IMG/VR virus record: IMGVR_UViG_3300036985_003045
Source: a virus
Lineage: Duplodnaviria; Caudoviricetes
Reading direction: 5' to 3' (one strand)
DNA length: 64,000 bases
Each line of letters begins with the position of its first letter. The first letter of the stretch is position 1. The position numbers were made by a program, and so were the translations under genes. The notes below the pieces were generated by a model. It searched no databases. It was not told the origin of the DNA and worked only from the letters and a program-made list of their open reading frames with translations. Below are positions 35,762 through 45,166 of the stretch, piece after piece.

Positions 35762-36048
35762 TCTACTGCCTCATAGGTCATTTCAAAAATATCTTCACGG
35801 CATGGATAAATTTCACCCATAACACCTTGGATAATGTAATCATTCATTGTTACTCTTTGTAATCCTTCCAAAGTGACTATTGCTAAATCATCCGGACGTT
35901 CATACATAGGATATAATGCACCAGTTTCCTTTACCTCTTTCTGCCAAGCACGATGTAACCATTCTGGCCAATCACAATTAGAATTTCTTGTTACTTCTGT
36001 AATTTGAAATGCTTCAATTACTACTGGCTTCTTTCTATATTTTGCCAT
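35758..36048 (-). CDS. conserved phage protein (YRKKPVVIEA family)
   Basis: KYRKKPVVIEAFQ...TLEG...DYIIQGVMGEIYPC. Confidence 0.8.
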   Translation of the reverse strand: MAKYRKKPVVIEAFQITEVTRNSNCDWPEWLHRAWQKEVKETGALYPMYERPDDLAIVTLEGLQRVTMNDYIIQGVMGEIYPCREDIFEMTYEAVE

Positions 36049-36234
36049 TATCTTTCCTCATTTTTAAGTTGATTTAGATAATCTTCCCATTCTTTACAAG
36101 CCACATAATGTGCCATCCTAATAATACTATCTACCATCTCATCTGTCGCTTGAGCAACTCTGTATGCAACATATGGTTCTTTTGCTTTATCTAATGGTGC
36201 TTTTGCATAAAGTTCTTGTAGTGCTTTAATTTTA

Positions 36235-36399
36235 TTATTCATTTTCTTTCCTCAAGTTAAAAGTACCATCATTGTTATCTATCCAAATTATTTTATCACC
36301 ATCAAACCATTTCAATTCTTCTAATAGTTCATCCGGAAGTTTAATTATCAAATCATTATCTGGACCAAACTCATAGACCTCAGTTGTATATGTTTTCAT
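36235..36399 (-). CDS. small AbrB/MazE-like protein, copy 2 (not in track)
   Basis: near-identical to 13403..13579. Confidence 0.6.
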   Translation of the reverse strand: MKTYTTEVYEFGPDNDLIIKLPDELLEELKWFDGDKIIWIDNNDGTFNLRKENE

Positions 36400-37541
36400 T
36401 ATTCAATTCCAAAGTGAAGGTCTTGATATGAATTCAAGACTCGTTTCAGCAAATTTTGATTTTGAGCCCTCACAGGTAATATAATAACCATCTGATACAA
36501 AAAGATGACCTTCGACTAATTCAATTGATTCGATAATTTTTACCTTACCGTCATTTATCCATTTAGGTCCAAAACTACGAAATAAAACCTCTTCAATAAT
36601 TTTTACTTTATCGCCAATCTCAAATCTTGTCATCATTTAACTCCAAAGGTTGTTTTATACATCTTCTCTCCAAATCTTACCACACTCTAGGCAGGTAAAC
36701 TTTTTCTCATAACCATCATCAGTAGGATCAAAGTTTCCTGTGCTACCAATATGTTCTACTGTAGTATCTATATGATTACAACACCAATCCCTAATATGCC
36801 GCAATTGCGAATTCAATTGTTCAATCTTGTCTTGGATTTCTTTTACTCGTTCTTTAGTGGACATTATTAACCTCAAAATATAATTTCTTTTGTAAATCAA
36901 ACATAAACCTACAATCATCGGGGGTAAAAACTTCATCAAAATAAGCAGTTATTAAATTCAACCATTCTTTTGAACAAGTTTTATCCATACGTTTTTTCTC
37001 TAATATTCCAATGATATAATCTGATTGTGCAATTGAGCAATGTTCGTAAAAATCTATAATCTCGGTAACTAAGTCATATTCACTAAGCATAATCATTGAC
37101 TCCCAAATTCTTTTGCATTGATCCATTCTTGCACACCGTGCATCTCGCTTGGTGACGCTTCAGACTTATAGTTGCATTCTGTGCAATATACACCATAGTG
37201 CTGAATGAATTTGAATGCAATATATTGTCTCAACCCAACCTTTCCACATTTGTTGCAAACTTTAGTTGTTTGTGCACAATTCCTATCTCTCATAATCATT
37301 GACCCCCAAGTCTTAGGAAAGGTCCAATCTTACCAGATCCTGAGAAGAAATCCAGTGAGTCGGAAGATTCGTGAAAATGTTCTGTCGGAAGTTCTAGGTC
37401 AACCCAATGACAATAACTGCTGTATCCTGATGAATCTTCGTTGAGAACATCAACAGTGGTTTCGGGTGGAAGTGTTTGAAGATAGGTGATAAGTTCTGTT
37501 ACAGTACTCATAATATAATCTCTTTTTATTAAGTATAAGTT

Positions 37542-37570
37542 ATTATACTATATCTGAGGAGAAATGTAAA
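37542..37570 (-). promoter_or_regulatory. early promoter (TTTACA-N17-TATAAT)
   Basis: attata 37542-37547, tgtaaa 37565-37570. Confidence 0.8.
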
Positions 37571-37574
37571 CGTT

Positions 37575-37856
37575 TTATTTTAGTTTTTCTAAATCTTTTT
37601 TCAATCTTTCGTGAAATGTTTCCTCTCCATCATCTCCAGAAAGCAACCAATCTATTCTTTGGGTATAAACCATTGCTTGTTTTAAATACCATACAGCCAA
37701 TTTGAATTCTTGTATAGTATCTTCGCTGAATCCATTACCTCTTTTATCATTATATTCATTAACTTCTTCTGAATCATTATAATAGATTTCATCTTCAATA
37801 TCTGCTGAGATTTGGGCTAGGTTATACTGACTATGGTTGAAAAATCCGCCACTCAT
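37575..37856 (-). CDS. conserved hypothetical protein
   Basis: MSGGFFNHSQY...RIDWLLSGDDGEETF. Confidence 0.7.
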   Translation of the reverse strand: MSGGFFNHSQYNLAQISADIEDEIYYNDSEEVNEYNDKRGNGFSEDTIQEFKLAVWYLKQAMVYTQRIDWLLSGDDGEETFHERLKKDLEKLK

Positions 37857-38146
37857 TCCTCAACTCCTAATTGTAATACCTCATTCTTTTCCTGCAAACC
37901 TAATTTCCTTCTCACAAGCATTTGGTATGCTGTTATTATTTCTTCATCACTCAAAGGCTCACGTTTTGCATCTTCTACACCTTGTCGGTAATTAACCCAA
38001 TCTGGTTTAAAAGGCTCTTGCTCAGATTGTGCCAATAAATCTTTAATCTCGCCAACAATCAAATCAGTTTGTCTTTGTAAAGGTTCCATATTAGAGCATT
38101 CCAACAATACCTTTACTCTTCTCAATAAAGCTCTTTCAGCACTCAT
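37853..38146 (-). CDS. hypothetical protein
   Basis: KREPLSDEEI motif. Confidence 0.6.
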   Translation of the reverse strand: MSAERALLRRVKVLLECSNMEPLQRQTDLIVGEIKDLLAQSEQEPFKPDWVNYRQGVEDAKREPLSDEEIITAYQMLVRRKLGLQEKNEVLQLGVEE

Positions 38147-38278
38147 AATCTTTTTCTCAGTTCATTAAATTTATTAAAAATACATTTAAGCATCTTATAC
38201 ATTGTAGCCAATATTAAACCACCAGACAATACACTGATAACTATAAAATTAATTAATTGCAAATCAGTTACTGGCACA

Positions 38279-38542
38279 CTAACCACCTTGATGATATGTA
38301 GGATTCTGTGTGGGATTCCTATCTACTGACCCACACCATTCTGAACCATCATATTCAATCGGGAAGTAAACGTGCCAAGTTGTCCAAAGTGTAAATGGTA
38401 ATCCTGCGGTTCCACCATAACCAGCATCAAACTCAATATCAAGTTCTTCTTCAGTTAAGGTAGTCACATAATTAGTGATATCCTTATCTTTATTTTCCAA
38501 CATCCTTTGCATTATTTCTTTACGCCAAGTTGTCATTCTCAT
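38279..38542 (-). CDS. hypothetical protein (paralog of 14106..14366)
   Basis: colinear, highly similar. Confidence 0.75.
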   Translation of the reverse strand: MRMTTWRKEIMQRMLENKDKDITNYVTTLTEEELDIEFDAGYGGTAGLPFTLWTTWHVYFPIEYDGSEWCGSVDRNPTQNPTYHQGG

Positions 38543-39064
38543 AATTTCACCTTTATCATCATAAATAGATTAATATCTGCAAGCATTTTGTTTGTTTTTT
38601 CAATTGAAGTATAAGAACCATGATCCCATTCTAAATCATATTCGTAAATCTGATTCAAAGTTGTTTTATCTTTTGAGATGATTGAAATTAATCGATTCCC
38701 TTCATCAATAACAAAGTCATATTCATTAGGATAAAAATCATCATCCCACTTAATCATATACTTGCCAGTATCAAAGTGTTCTTTAACTTTCTTCGCCCAC
38801 TTAAGGACATTGTTCCATCGGGCTTCATAAATGTTCATCTTAATAACTAGACAAACCTTCTTGTAGAAACTTACCAAATTCTTCAGCAATTTCTTTCTCA
38901 CCTTTCCATTCAAGAAAGTCTTGGATACATTTACCAGTCATCCAGTCCTCTGGTCCATACCATTCATCACTATTTGAATCTAAAGTCTTTATAAATTTCT
39001 TCAAATCATTCAAATCTATTGTTACTTTCATTTCACTTTCCTCATTAATTTAATTTATGAGTCT

Positions 39065-39092
39065 ATTATATCATGCTTTCTATAAATGTAAA
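39065..39092 (-). promoter_or_regulatory. early promoter (TTTACA-N16-TATAAT)
   Basis: attata 39065-39070, tgtaaa 39087-39092. Confidence 0.85.
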
Positions 39093-39104
39093 CGTTTATT
39101 TTCA

Positions 39105-39896
39105 CTAAATGTCAATATATTTTAGTTCAAAAGTATCGGCAATTGCTTCATAACCAGCATATCCTCTCGGATTACAAACAACTCTAGTTTTGCCGATCAT
39201 ATAATCGTGTGCAGTATGAGTATGACCATGAATCCAGACCTTAATCTGAGGTCTATTGGTAATGAACTCCTCAAGGTTAGAATGAAATCCACCATTCATT
39301 AATTTATCTTTCTCAAATTCCTTTGAAACACTTCTAAAACTAGGAGAATGATGACCAACTACAACATAATCTCCTTCACCTACTATATCCCAAATGAACT
39401 TCAACATCCTACGATGTTCAAGAATAGCATCATTTGGACTGAACTTTACAATTCCATTCTTAATAATCCTAAAGTCATTCATCCGTGTAAGCATATATTC
39501 TTTAGTAGCAGGATCTTCGTTGTTCATATCAGACCAAAGAGTTCCACAGATAAAGGTAGTTCCAGCAATGGTAATTACTTCTCTATCAAGAATATGTAGA
39601 TTAGGTAGATAACCAAGATTTGTCTTTAATCTACCTATTGTATCGTAGAACTGATGATGATAATGTTCATGGTTACCCATAATATAGATAACCTTTTCAA
39701 ACTTATCACAACAATCCTTGAAAAAGTTATGGATTCGTTGACTTCTAAAGTACCCGATATCAATATCATTTAATGAATCTAAATCTGTAACAGTACAAAT
39801 ATCACCAGCCAATACCAATACCTTAGCATCTTCTGTGTTATTAATTTCAAGGGCTCTGATTTCCAGGTGGATATCTGAGCCATAAGCAATTTTCAT
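39105..39896 (-). CDS. calcineurin-like metallophosphoesterase
   Basis: SDIHLE, LAGDI, MGNHEHY, VGHHSP, WIHGHTH, VCNPRGY. Confidence 0.92.
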   Translation of the reverse strand: MKIAYGSDIHLEIRALEINNTEDAKVLVLAGDICTVTDLDSLNDIDIGYFRSQRIHNFFKDCCDKFEKVIYIMGNHEHYHHQFYDTIGRLKTNLGYLPNLHILDREVITIAGTTFICGTLWSDMNNEDPATKEYMLTRMNDFRIIKNGIVKFSPNDAILEHRRMLKFIWDIVGEGDYVVVGHHSPSFRSVSKEFEKDKLMNGGFHSNLEEFITNRPQIKVWIHGHTHTAHDYMIGKTRVVCNPRGYAGYEAIADTFELKYIDI

Positions 39897-39897
39897 A

Positions 39898-40179
39898 TTA
39901 TACTCCGTAAAATTGTTTCATAACTAAAAAACCGGCATGAGTTATTCCTACAAGAGAATCTCTTCCTTCTCCTTCATGCCAAACTAAATCAGCATTGATT
40001 AAACTTGCTAAGGTTCCTTTATCTGATGCTGATTCAACGATCATGGAAGTCCAAGTAGCACTGCTAATAGGTTCACTTGATTCAATTAATGCTTTAGCAT
40101 TACCATTGAAACTGGTATAATCAGATTCGACGATTTTAGTTAATAAGTTGAGTTGTAATTCGGTAGGTTTTTTGATCAT
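39898..40179 (-). CDS. hypothetical protein (possibly winged-helix)
   Basis: first gene after an early promoter. Confidence 0.6.
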   Translation of the reverse strand: MIKKPTELQLNLLTKIVESDYTSFNGNAKALIESSEPISSATWTSMIVESASDKGTLASLINADLVWHEGEGRDSLVGITHAGFLVMKQFYGV

Positions 40180-40215
40180 GATATAATATTCCTCATTTAT
40201 TTAATTTATGGGTCT

Positions 40216-40243
40216 ATTATATCATGCTTTCTGAGAATGTAAA
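40216..40243 (-). promoter_or_regulatory. early promoter (TTTACA-N16-TATAAT)
   Basis: attata 40216-40221, tgtaaa 40238-40243. Confidence 0.85.
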
Positions 40244-40690
40244 CGTTTTATTTTAAAATAACTATATCCATTGGATCATAATGGATAACTTGATTAATTT
40301 TATTATTCACCCAGACTATAATATTACCACGATTAGATATATCAACTCTATCAATAACAAGATGTTCATTATTTTTTATAATGACTTGACCTTTGGTTAA
40401 ATCCCGTGCTCTATAGGTTTGCATTTAGTCCTCGTATTTCCAATCTTTTAATTCAACATTAACAAAGTTCTTTGGGTGCCATCTAGTCATTATGAAATGT
40501 AATCTTGTATGATAACATTCCTTCATAATATCATCATCCATTTCATCTATTAAATCCCTTAACTCTTGTATAGAACAACAAAAAGTTATTGTTGAAATGT
40601 CTACATTAGGAAACGGATAAGAATTAATTATGACTTCTTCATTATCCGTTTCCTGATCGCGTTCTACTACATCTACCCATAATATTTTTT

Positions 40691-41098
40691 TCATTTTATA
40701 ACAGTTCTTATTGTTTGAACATCAGTGTTTGGTACTGCAAAGATTCTTGCTCTATAAGTTAATAACATATCATGAGGATTAGTTTGTTTAGTAAATTCAA
40801 TATAATTACTTTTCATTAATTTATCTACTAATGCTCGGGCCAATTCTTGTTTAATTTCATCCTCAGATAACTGATAGTGTCGCAATATAAAATGACTTTC
40901 AGGTTGTTCTTCAATAAACATTTCACCTTTAATTTGAACTAATGAGACTGGCATGTCCACGGAATAACTTGACTTGTATATTATCGGTTGAGGTCCAGTA
41001 GAACTACCTAGAGCAGTAACACCTATTGATGTACTTATATTTGAGGTACTAATACCTGTCGCAACATAAAAATCATCTTGTGGTGTTGCAAATTCCAT
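40691..41098 (-). CDS. hypothetical protein
   Basis: packed ORF. Confidence 0.6.
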   Translation of the reverse strand: MEFATPQDDFYVATGISTSNISTSIGVTALGSSTGPQPIIYKSSYSVDMPVSLVQIKGEMFIEEQPESHFILRHYQLSEDEIKQELARALVDKLMKSNYIEFTKQTNPHDMLLTYRARIFAVPNTDVQTIRTVIK

Positions 41099-41099
41099 A

Positions 41100-41354
41100 T
41101 CAATTCCTCATCCAAATAAACAATAATGCAGCAACTGCCACAAACAATGCAATAGATAAACCAACAATGATATCGTGCATCTTTTCTAACTTAATTTCAT
41201 CCACAACAGCCAAACTATTTCTGGCTCTCCAAGACTTTTCAACTAACTTATTAGAATCTAATACTGTTTGGTTATGATCATCATAAGTAACCCAATACCC
41301 ATCTTTATCTTCTACCATTGGCATAGGAACGCCGTCGTGATTATATCGTTTCAT
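41100..41354 (-). CDS. hypothetical membrane-anchored protein (RY..G.WV family)
   Basis: MKRYNH...EDKDGYWVTY and C-terminal TM. Confidence 0.7.
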   Translation of the reverse strand: MKRYNHDGVPMPMVEDKDGYWVTYDDHNQTVLDSNKLVEKSWRARNSLAVVDEIKLEKMHDIIVGLSIALFVAVAALLFIWMRN

Positions 41355-41509
41355 TTTTTATCCTGGAGTAGGCTTCATTAACAAGTTTCTTTGCCAGATT
41401 ATGACTAGAACCATCTTTCACTAATTGTTTAACAGATTTCTTTTTTGCTGCTTTAATCTGTTTATCTGATTTCCATTGCATAAGCGATTGTTGCATTTCA
41501 TATCCTATT

Positions 41510-41806
41510 TTAGTTAAAACTTTCTTCAACATAGTTTACATCTTTAATACCATTTAACCATTCACCATCATATTTACCTTCGATAATATCACGGAATTTT
41601 TCATTTAAAAATTTAGTAGCATATTCAGGATACTGAAGGTCATGGTTTTCGATTTTATAAAAATGTTCAACACAACGTTCGATTCTTACTGCTTCTTTTT
41701 CAATTTCATCACGATTTATAGGTTGTTTTCTTATATCTAAAGATGCAATTGCAATAATTTTAAATCCATTGTCTAAACGATCTTGGATAGGTGTAGTTGA
41801 TTTCAT
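41510..41806 (-). CDS. hypothetical protein
   Basis: first gene after an early promoter. Confidence 0.6.
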   Translation of the reverse strand: MKSTTPIQDRLDNGFKIIAIASLDIRKQPINRDEIEKEAVRIERCVEHFYKIENHDLQYPEYATKFLNEKFRDIIEGKYDGEWLNGIKDVNYVEESFN

Positions 41807-41842
41807 AATATAGTTTTCCTTAGTTATTTAATTTATGTATCT

Positions 41843-41870
41843 ATTATATCATGGCTTCTGTAAATGTAAA
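41843..41870 (-). promoter_or_regulatory. early promoter (TTTACA-N16-TATAAT)
   Basis: attata 41843-41848, tgtaaa 41865-41870. Confidence 0.85.
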
Positions 41871-41917
41871 CATTTATTTTTAACCAAATATGAAATAGAC
41901 TGTTTCCTAGGAAGAAA

Positions 41918-42196
41918 CTATTTATATGCTATAAGAACTAATAGAATTGTTTGAAAAAAGAATCCTACTGAATTAGATACTATGTATAATGAATCTTTAT
42001 TAGCAATAGCTCTTAATAAGAATAAGAACAATCCTACCCATATCATAATAGTCATATCTATAGGAGGTATTCTTTCAACATTACCACGAATGATACTGAT
42101 TGAAACTGGGATGGTTGAGGACTGGATAAGAATCATTCCTACCCAGCCACCAAATTCTGATATTTTTTGAAGTCTTGCCTGTACTACTTTATTCAT
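41918..42196 (-). CDS. small 3-TM membrane protein
   Basis: three hydrophobic segments. Confidence 0.65.
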   Translation of the reverse strand: MNKVVQARLQKISEFGGWVGMILIQSSTIPVSISIIRGNVERIPPIDMTIMIWVGLFLFLLRAIANKDSLYIVSNSVGFFFQTILLVLIAYK

Positions 42197-42230
42197 GATA
42201 TAATATCCTCAATAATTAATTTATGAGTCT

Positions 42231-42258
42231 ATTATATCATACTTTATAGAAATGTAAA
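42231..42258 (-). promoter_or_regulatory. early promoter (TTTACA-N16-TATAAT)
   Basis: attata 42231-42236, tgtaaa 42253-42258. Confidence 0.85.
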
Positions 42259-42262
42259 CGTT

Positions 42263-42415
42263 TTATTTATGAGTAGTTCCACAAACAGTGCATTTATAAC
42301 CTTTCTTCTGGTCTTCATTACAAACTCTGTTTCCTTGCCCATATTCTTTATCTTGGAATTTTGCTGCTGGAGTATCTTTGCAAACACATTTTTTAATCAT
42401 TACTGTTGACGCCAT
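42263..42415 (-). CDS. small Zn-finger-like protein (50 aa, not in track)
   Basis: CVC...FQDKEYGQGNRVCN...CTVCG. Confidence 0.6.
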   Translation of the reverse strand: MASTVMIKKCVCKDTPAAKFQDKEYGQGNRVCNEDQKKGYKCTVCGTTHK

Positions 42416-42548
42416 CTTTCACCTCTTCTTTTGTTTTAGAATCATCTTGTTTTTTCTTGTTAAAAATAGCATCCCAATTATCATCAAACTTCTTTCTGTC
42501 TGAAATTGGTCTTGGTTTACTACCTTTACCGCCTTTCCAACTACTCAT

Positions 42549-43379
42549 TTAGTTTACTAATCCTCCGTTAGAGTATTTTGCCAAAGCCCCAATACTACCT
42601 GAAAATGCATAAGTTCCTGTATGTGTGGTATTAGTAAATGGAGCATACCATATATCAATACCTATTTTTCTACACATATAACAGAATTTATAATCTTCTC
42701 CCATATTTACTTTTTGAACAATTCCACCATCTTCTACTTCAGTAATACCTACATTGAAATATGAATAAGATAATTCAATCTTCTTTGCTTCGCCTTTTAA
42801 TTGATAGGAATCTACATCCGGTGAATAATAATAATCTGGATAAGACTCACGGAACTGTCTAAATACATCTCGTTCAATTATCATTAAACCAGTTCCAGTT
42901 CCCTTTACTTTCATAATATCGGCAGAACTATATTCAGCATTTGTATCTACCGGAATAATAGGAAATGAACCTGTTACAGATGGTAATAAACTTGGATCAA
43001 TATCAGGATTCTTCAATATAACATCTTTTATATTGTTCCAATTAATAAGTTTCCTTGGATATGCTCCACCAATAACTTGTTTGCCTGTAGCTAACATAGC
43101 AATTACTTCAATTGCCTTGAATCCTACATCGGCATCAATGAATAATAAATGAGTATATTCAGTTTCCAAGAATTGATTAACAATATGATTACGCGCTTCT
43201 TGTACTAAACTAATATTAGATGTGCTAATTAGTTTAATAGGAATTTCATACTGTAAACATAAATGCTGTAGTTCTAATAAAGCATGTAGATACTCATGAT
43301 AGCATTGACCACCATACATGGGAGTACCAACTAATAGACTTTTACCACCGAGAGTTTCTTTACTTAATTGGATATCCAT
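42549..43379 (-). CDS. glycosyltransferase-like protein (GT-A fold)
   Basis: TPMYGG, ARNHIV..FL...THLLFIDADVGF, GTGLMIIER, GEDYKFC. Confidence 0.8.
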   Translation of the reverse strand: MDIQLSKETLGGKSLLVGTPMYGGQCYHEYLHALLELQHLCLQYEIPIKLISTSNISLVQEARNHIVNQFLETEYTHLLFIDADVGFKAIEVIAMLATGKQVIGGAYPRKLINWNNIKDVILKNPDIDPSLLPSVTGSFPIIPVDTNAEYSSADIMKVKGTGTGLMIIERDVFRQFRESYPDYYYSPDVDSYQLKGEAKKIELSYSYFNVGITEVEDGGIVQKVNMGEDYKFCYMCRKIGIDIWYAPFTNTTHTGTYAFSGSIGALAKYSNGGLVN

Positions 43380-43380
43380 A

Positions 43381-43650
43381 TTATCTGTCTAATACAGCTA
43401 TAATGAATTCTTCTTTAATCATTACTCGTTGTTCACCATTAATAGTAACAGGATTACCTTTTGACCAATCTAATAATATTTCATCTCCAACTGCAACTTC
43501 AGTAACTTCTGAACCAATTGCTAATACCCGCCCAGTTTCATTATCAATTACAGACCTAACACCTTCAATAATAATACCACCCGTTGAAATGGTTTTTCTA
43601 GCAATTTGGGCAATCAATACTTGTTTTCTAATTGGTGTAACTTCACTCAT
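43381..43650 (-). CDS. groES: co-chaperonin GroES
   Basis: PIRKQVLI, STGGIII, GRVLAIG, VAVGDEIL, GEQRVMIKEEFIIAVL. Confidence 0.88.
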   Translation of the reverse strand: MSEVTPIRKQVLIAQIARKTISTGGIIIEGVRSVIDNETGRVLAIGSEVTEVAVGDEILLDWSKGNPVTINGEQRVMIKEEFIIAVLDR

Positions 43651-43927
43651 TTCACTATCCTTTTATTAATTAAAATTATTTAGTACACTCTTTCTTCCAT
43701 AATACAAACGATTCTTCACGGCATTGTATTAATCCAGACTTTGCTGCTATTTCCATCTTAACAGTATCTTCGTGGTTTACTGTATAAACAGATACACCAA
43801 TCAAACTGCATAATGCGATAATTGATATTATATATTGCATAATTCACCTCATGTTATAAAATTGGTCGCTTATTATGTTCCGAGCGATAGCGGAAACGGA
43901 CTTCTACCACTGGTAGACCCCTAAAAT

Positions 43928-44004
43928 TGGTCTCCTATGAAGGATTTGAACCTCCGACCCTTCCGCCCCAAACGGAATGCGCTACCAGACTGCGCTAATA
44001 GGAG
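43928..44004 (-). tRNA. trnP: tRNA-Pro(TGG)
   Basis: cloverleaf, anticodon loop TTTGGGG, encoded CCA. Confidence 0.95.
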
Positions 44005-44010
44005 AAAAAT

Positions 44011-44085
44011 TGGCGGTTCTAATGGGAATTGAACCCATCTCTACGCTGTGACAGAGCGTTATACTAACCAATATACTATAGAACC
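44011..44085 (-). tRNA. trnD: tRNA-Asp(GTC)
   Basis: cloverleaf, loop CTGTCAC, encoded CCA. Confidence 0.93.
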
Positions 44086-44091
44086 TAAAAT

Positions 44092-44166
44092 TGGTGTCCC
44101 TAATGAGATTCGAACTCATGTTATTGGATTGAAAGTCCAATATCCTAACCGCTAGACGATAGGGAC
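44092..44166 (-). tRNA. trnE: tRNA-Glu(TTC)
   Basis: cloverleaf, loop CTTTCAA, encoded CCA. Confidence 0.95.
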
Positions 44167-44173
44167 ATAATTT

Positions 44174-44248
44174 TGGAGCTCCCTACCGGAATCGAACCGA
44201 TTTATGATGATTACAAGTCAACTGCATCGCCACTTATGCTTAGGGAGC
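44174..44248 (-). tRNA. trnT: tRNA-Thr(TGT)
   Basis: cloverleaf, loop CTTGTAA, encoded CCA. Confidence 0.92.
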
Positions 44249-44507
44249 AAACTATTTAAATGTACTTATACGTAATTAGGAACTATCTCCATAGGTAACC
44301 TAATCAATTACAAATACATTTAAGAAAACACACTAGCCTTACGATACCCCATTTCTGGCTCCAGCAGTTAGACTCGACTCAGTAGGTCTATCTAATGTGT
44401 TTTATTAAAATTAGAGGCGTAATTCAGGGACTCTTACCCCACCATTGTTCCAGTAAAACCGCCCTACTGGTAGTGCCTTACTTTTCGGGTAATTAATCCG
44501 ATTAATT

Positions 44508-44581
44508 TGGAGCGGGATATCAGAATCGAACTGATGACAGAAGTTTGGAAAACTCCAGTTTTACCATTAAACTAATCCCGC
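44508..44581 (-). tRNA. trnG: tRNA-Gly(TCC)
   Basis: cloverleaf, loop TTTCCAA, U discriminator, encoded CCA. Confidence 0.95.
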
Positions 44582-44586
44582 AAAAT

Positions 44587-44661
44587 TGGCTCCTTGAGAT
44601 GGGCTCGAACCACCGACCGGACGATTAACAGTCGTCTGCTCTACCACTGAGCTATCAAGGA
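44587..44661 (-). tRNA. trnN: tRNA-Asn(GTT)
   Basis: cloverleaf, loop CTGTTAA, G discriminator, encoded CCA. Confidence 0.95.
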
Positions 44662-44669
44662 TTAAATCT

Positions 44670-44939
44670 TTATTTAGTTGTGTATCTTCTATGTATGTAT
44701 ACATCATAACGAACAGCATCTGCTAAAGCTATAGTAACAATACTAGTGTTTTTATATTTAGCAGCTGCTGGATTATTCTTTCCTAATCTACCTTTAACCG
44801 ATACTCTAAAAGATTGTTTATTAATCTTATTCAGAGTTTTAACTGTGGTTCTAATAGAAGCTAATTGAGCCATTTCAACAGTAGATTTAGGATCTACAGT
44901 CATAACATAATTTTCTGTTCTCATAATATAATTCCTCAT
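44670..44939 (-). CDS. conserved hypothetical protein
   Basis: RVSVKGRLGKNNP motif. Confidence 0.7.
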   Translation of the reverse strand: MRNYIMRTENYVMTVDPKSTVEMAQLASIRTTVKTLNKINKQSFRVSVKGRLGKNNPAAAKYKNTSIVTIALADAVRYDVYIHRRYTTK

Positions 44940-45113
44940 TTATTTCGTTTTATCAACTACTAATACTTTATAGCCTAATTCACTCTTTTTATCGGCAAAT
45001 TCATTTGCTTCAATAAGGGTTTCAAATTTAGTATGCCCTACCATATTGCCATTAACATATACGTATACAATAAACATAATATATAATTCCTCATTTATTT
45101 AATTTATGAGTCT

Positions 45114-45141
45114 ATTATATACAGTTTTCAGAAAAAGTAAA
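45114..45141 (-). promoter_or_regulatory. early promoter (TTTACT-N16-TATAAT) likely driving the tRNA unit
   Basis: attata 45114-45119, agtaaa 45136-45141, conserved leader. Confidence 0.8.
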
Positions 45142-45166
45142 CATTTATTTTCACTTTTTATATCCT

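Noticed and set aside
43863-43921. Seventh tRNA
   Set aside because: It ends in CCA but has no T-loop (TTCRA), anticodon arm or 7-bp acceptor stem.
44325-44403. Hammerhead ribozyme (CTGA…GAAA…GTA on the minus strand)
   Set aside because: The core reads CTGAGTC rather than CUGANGA and stem III would be very weak; kept only as an unclassified structured RNA.
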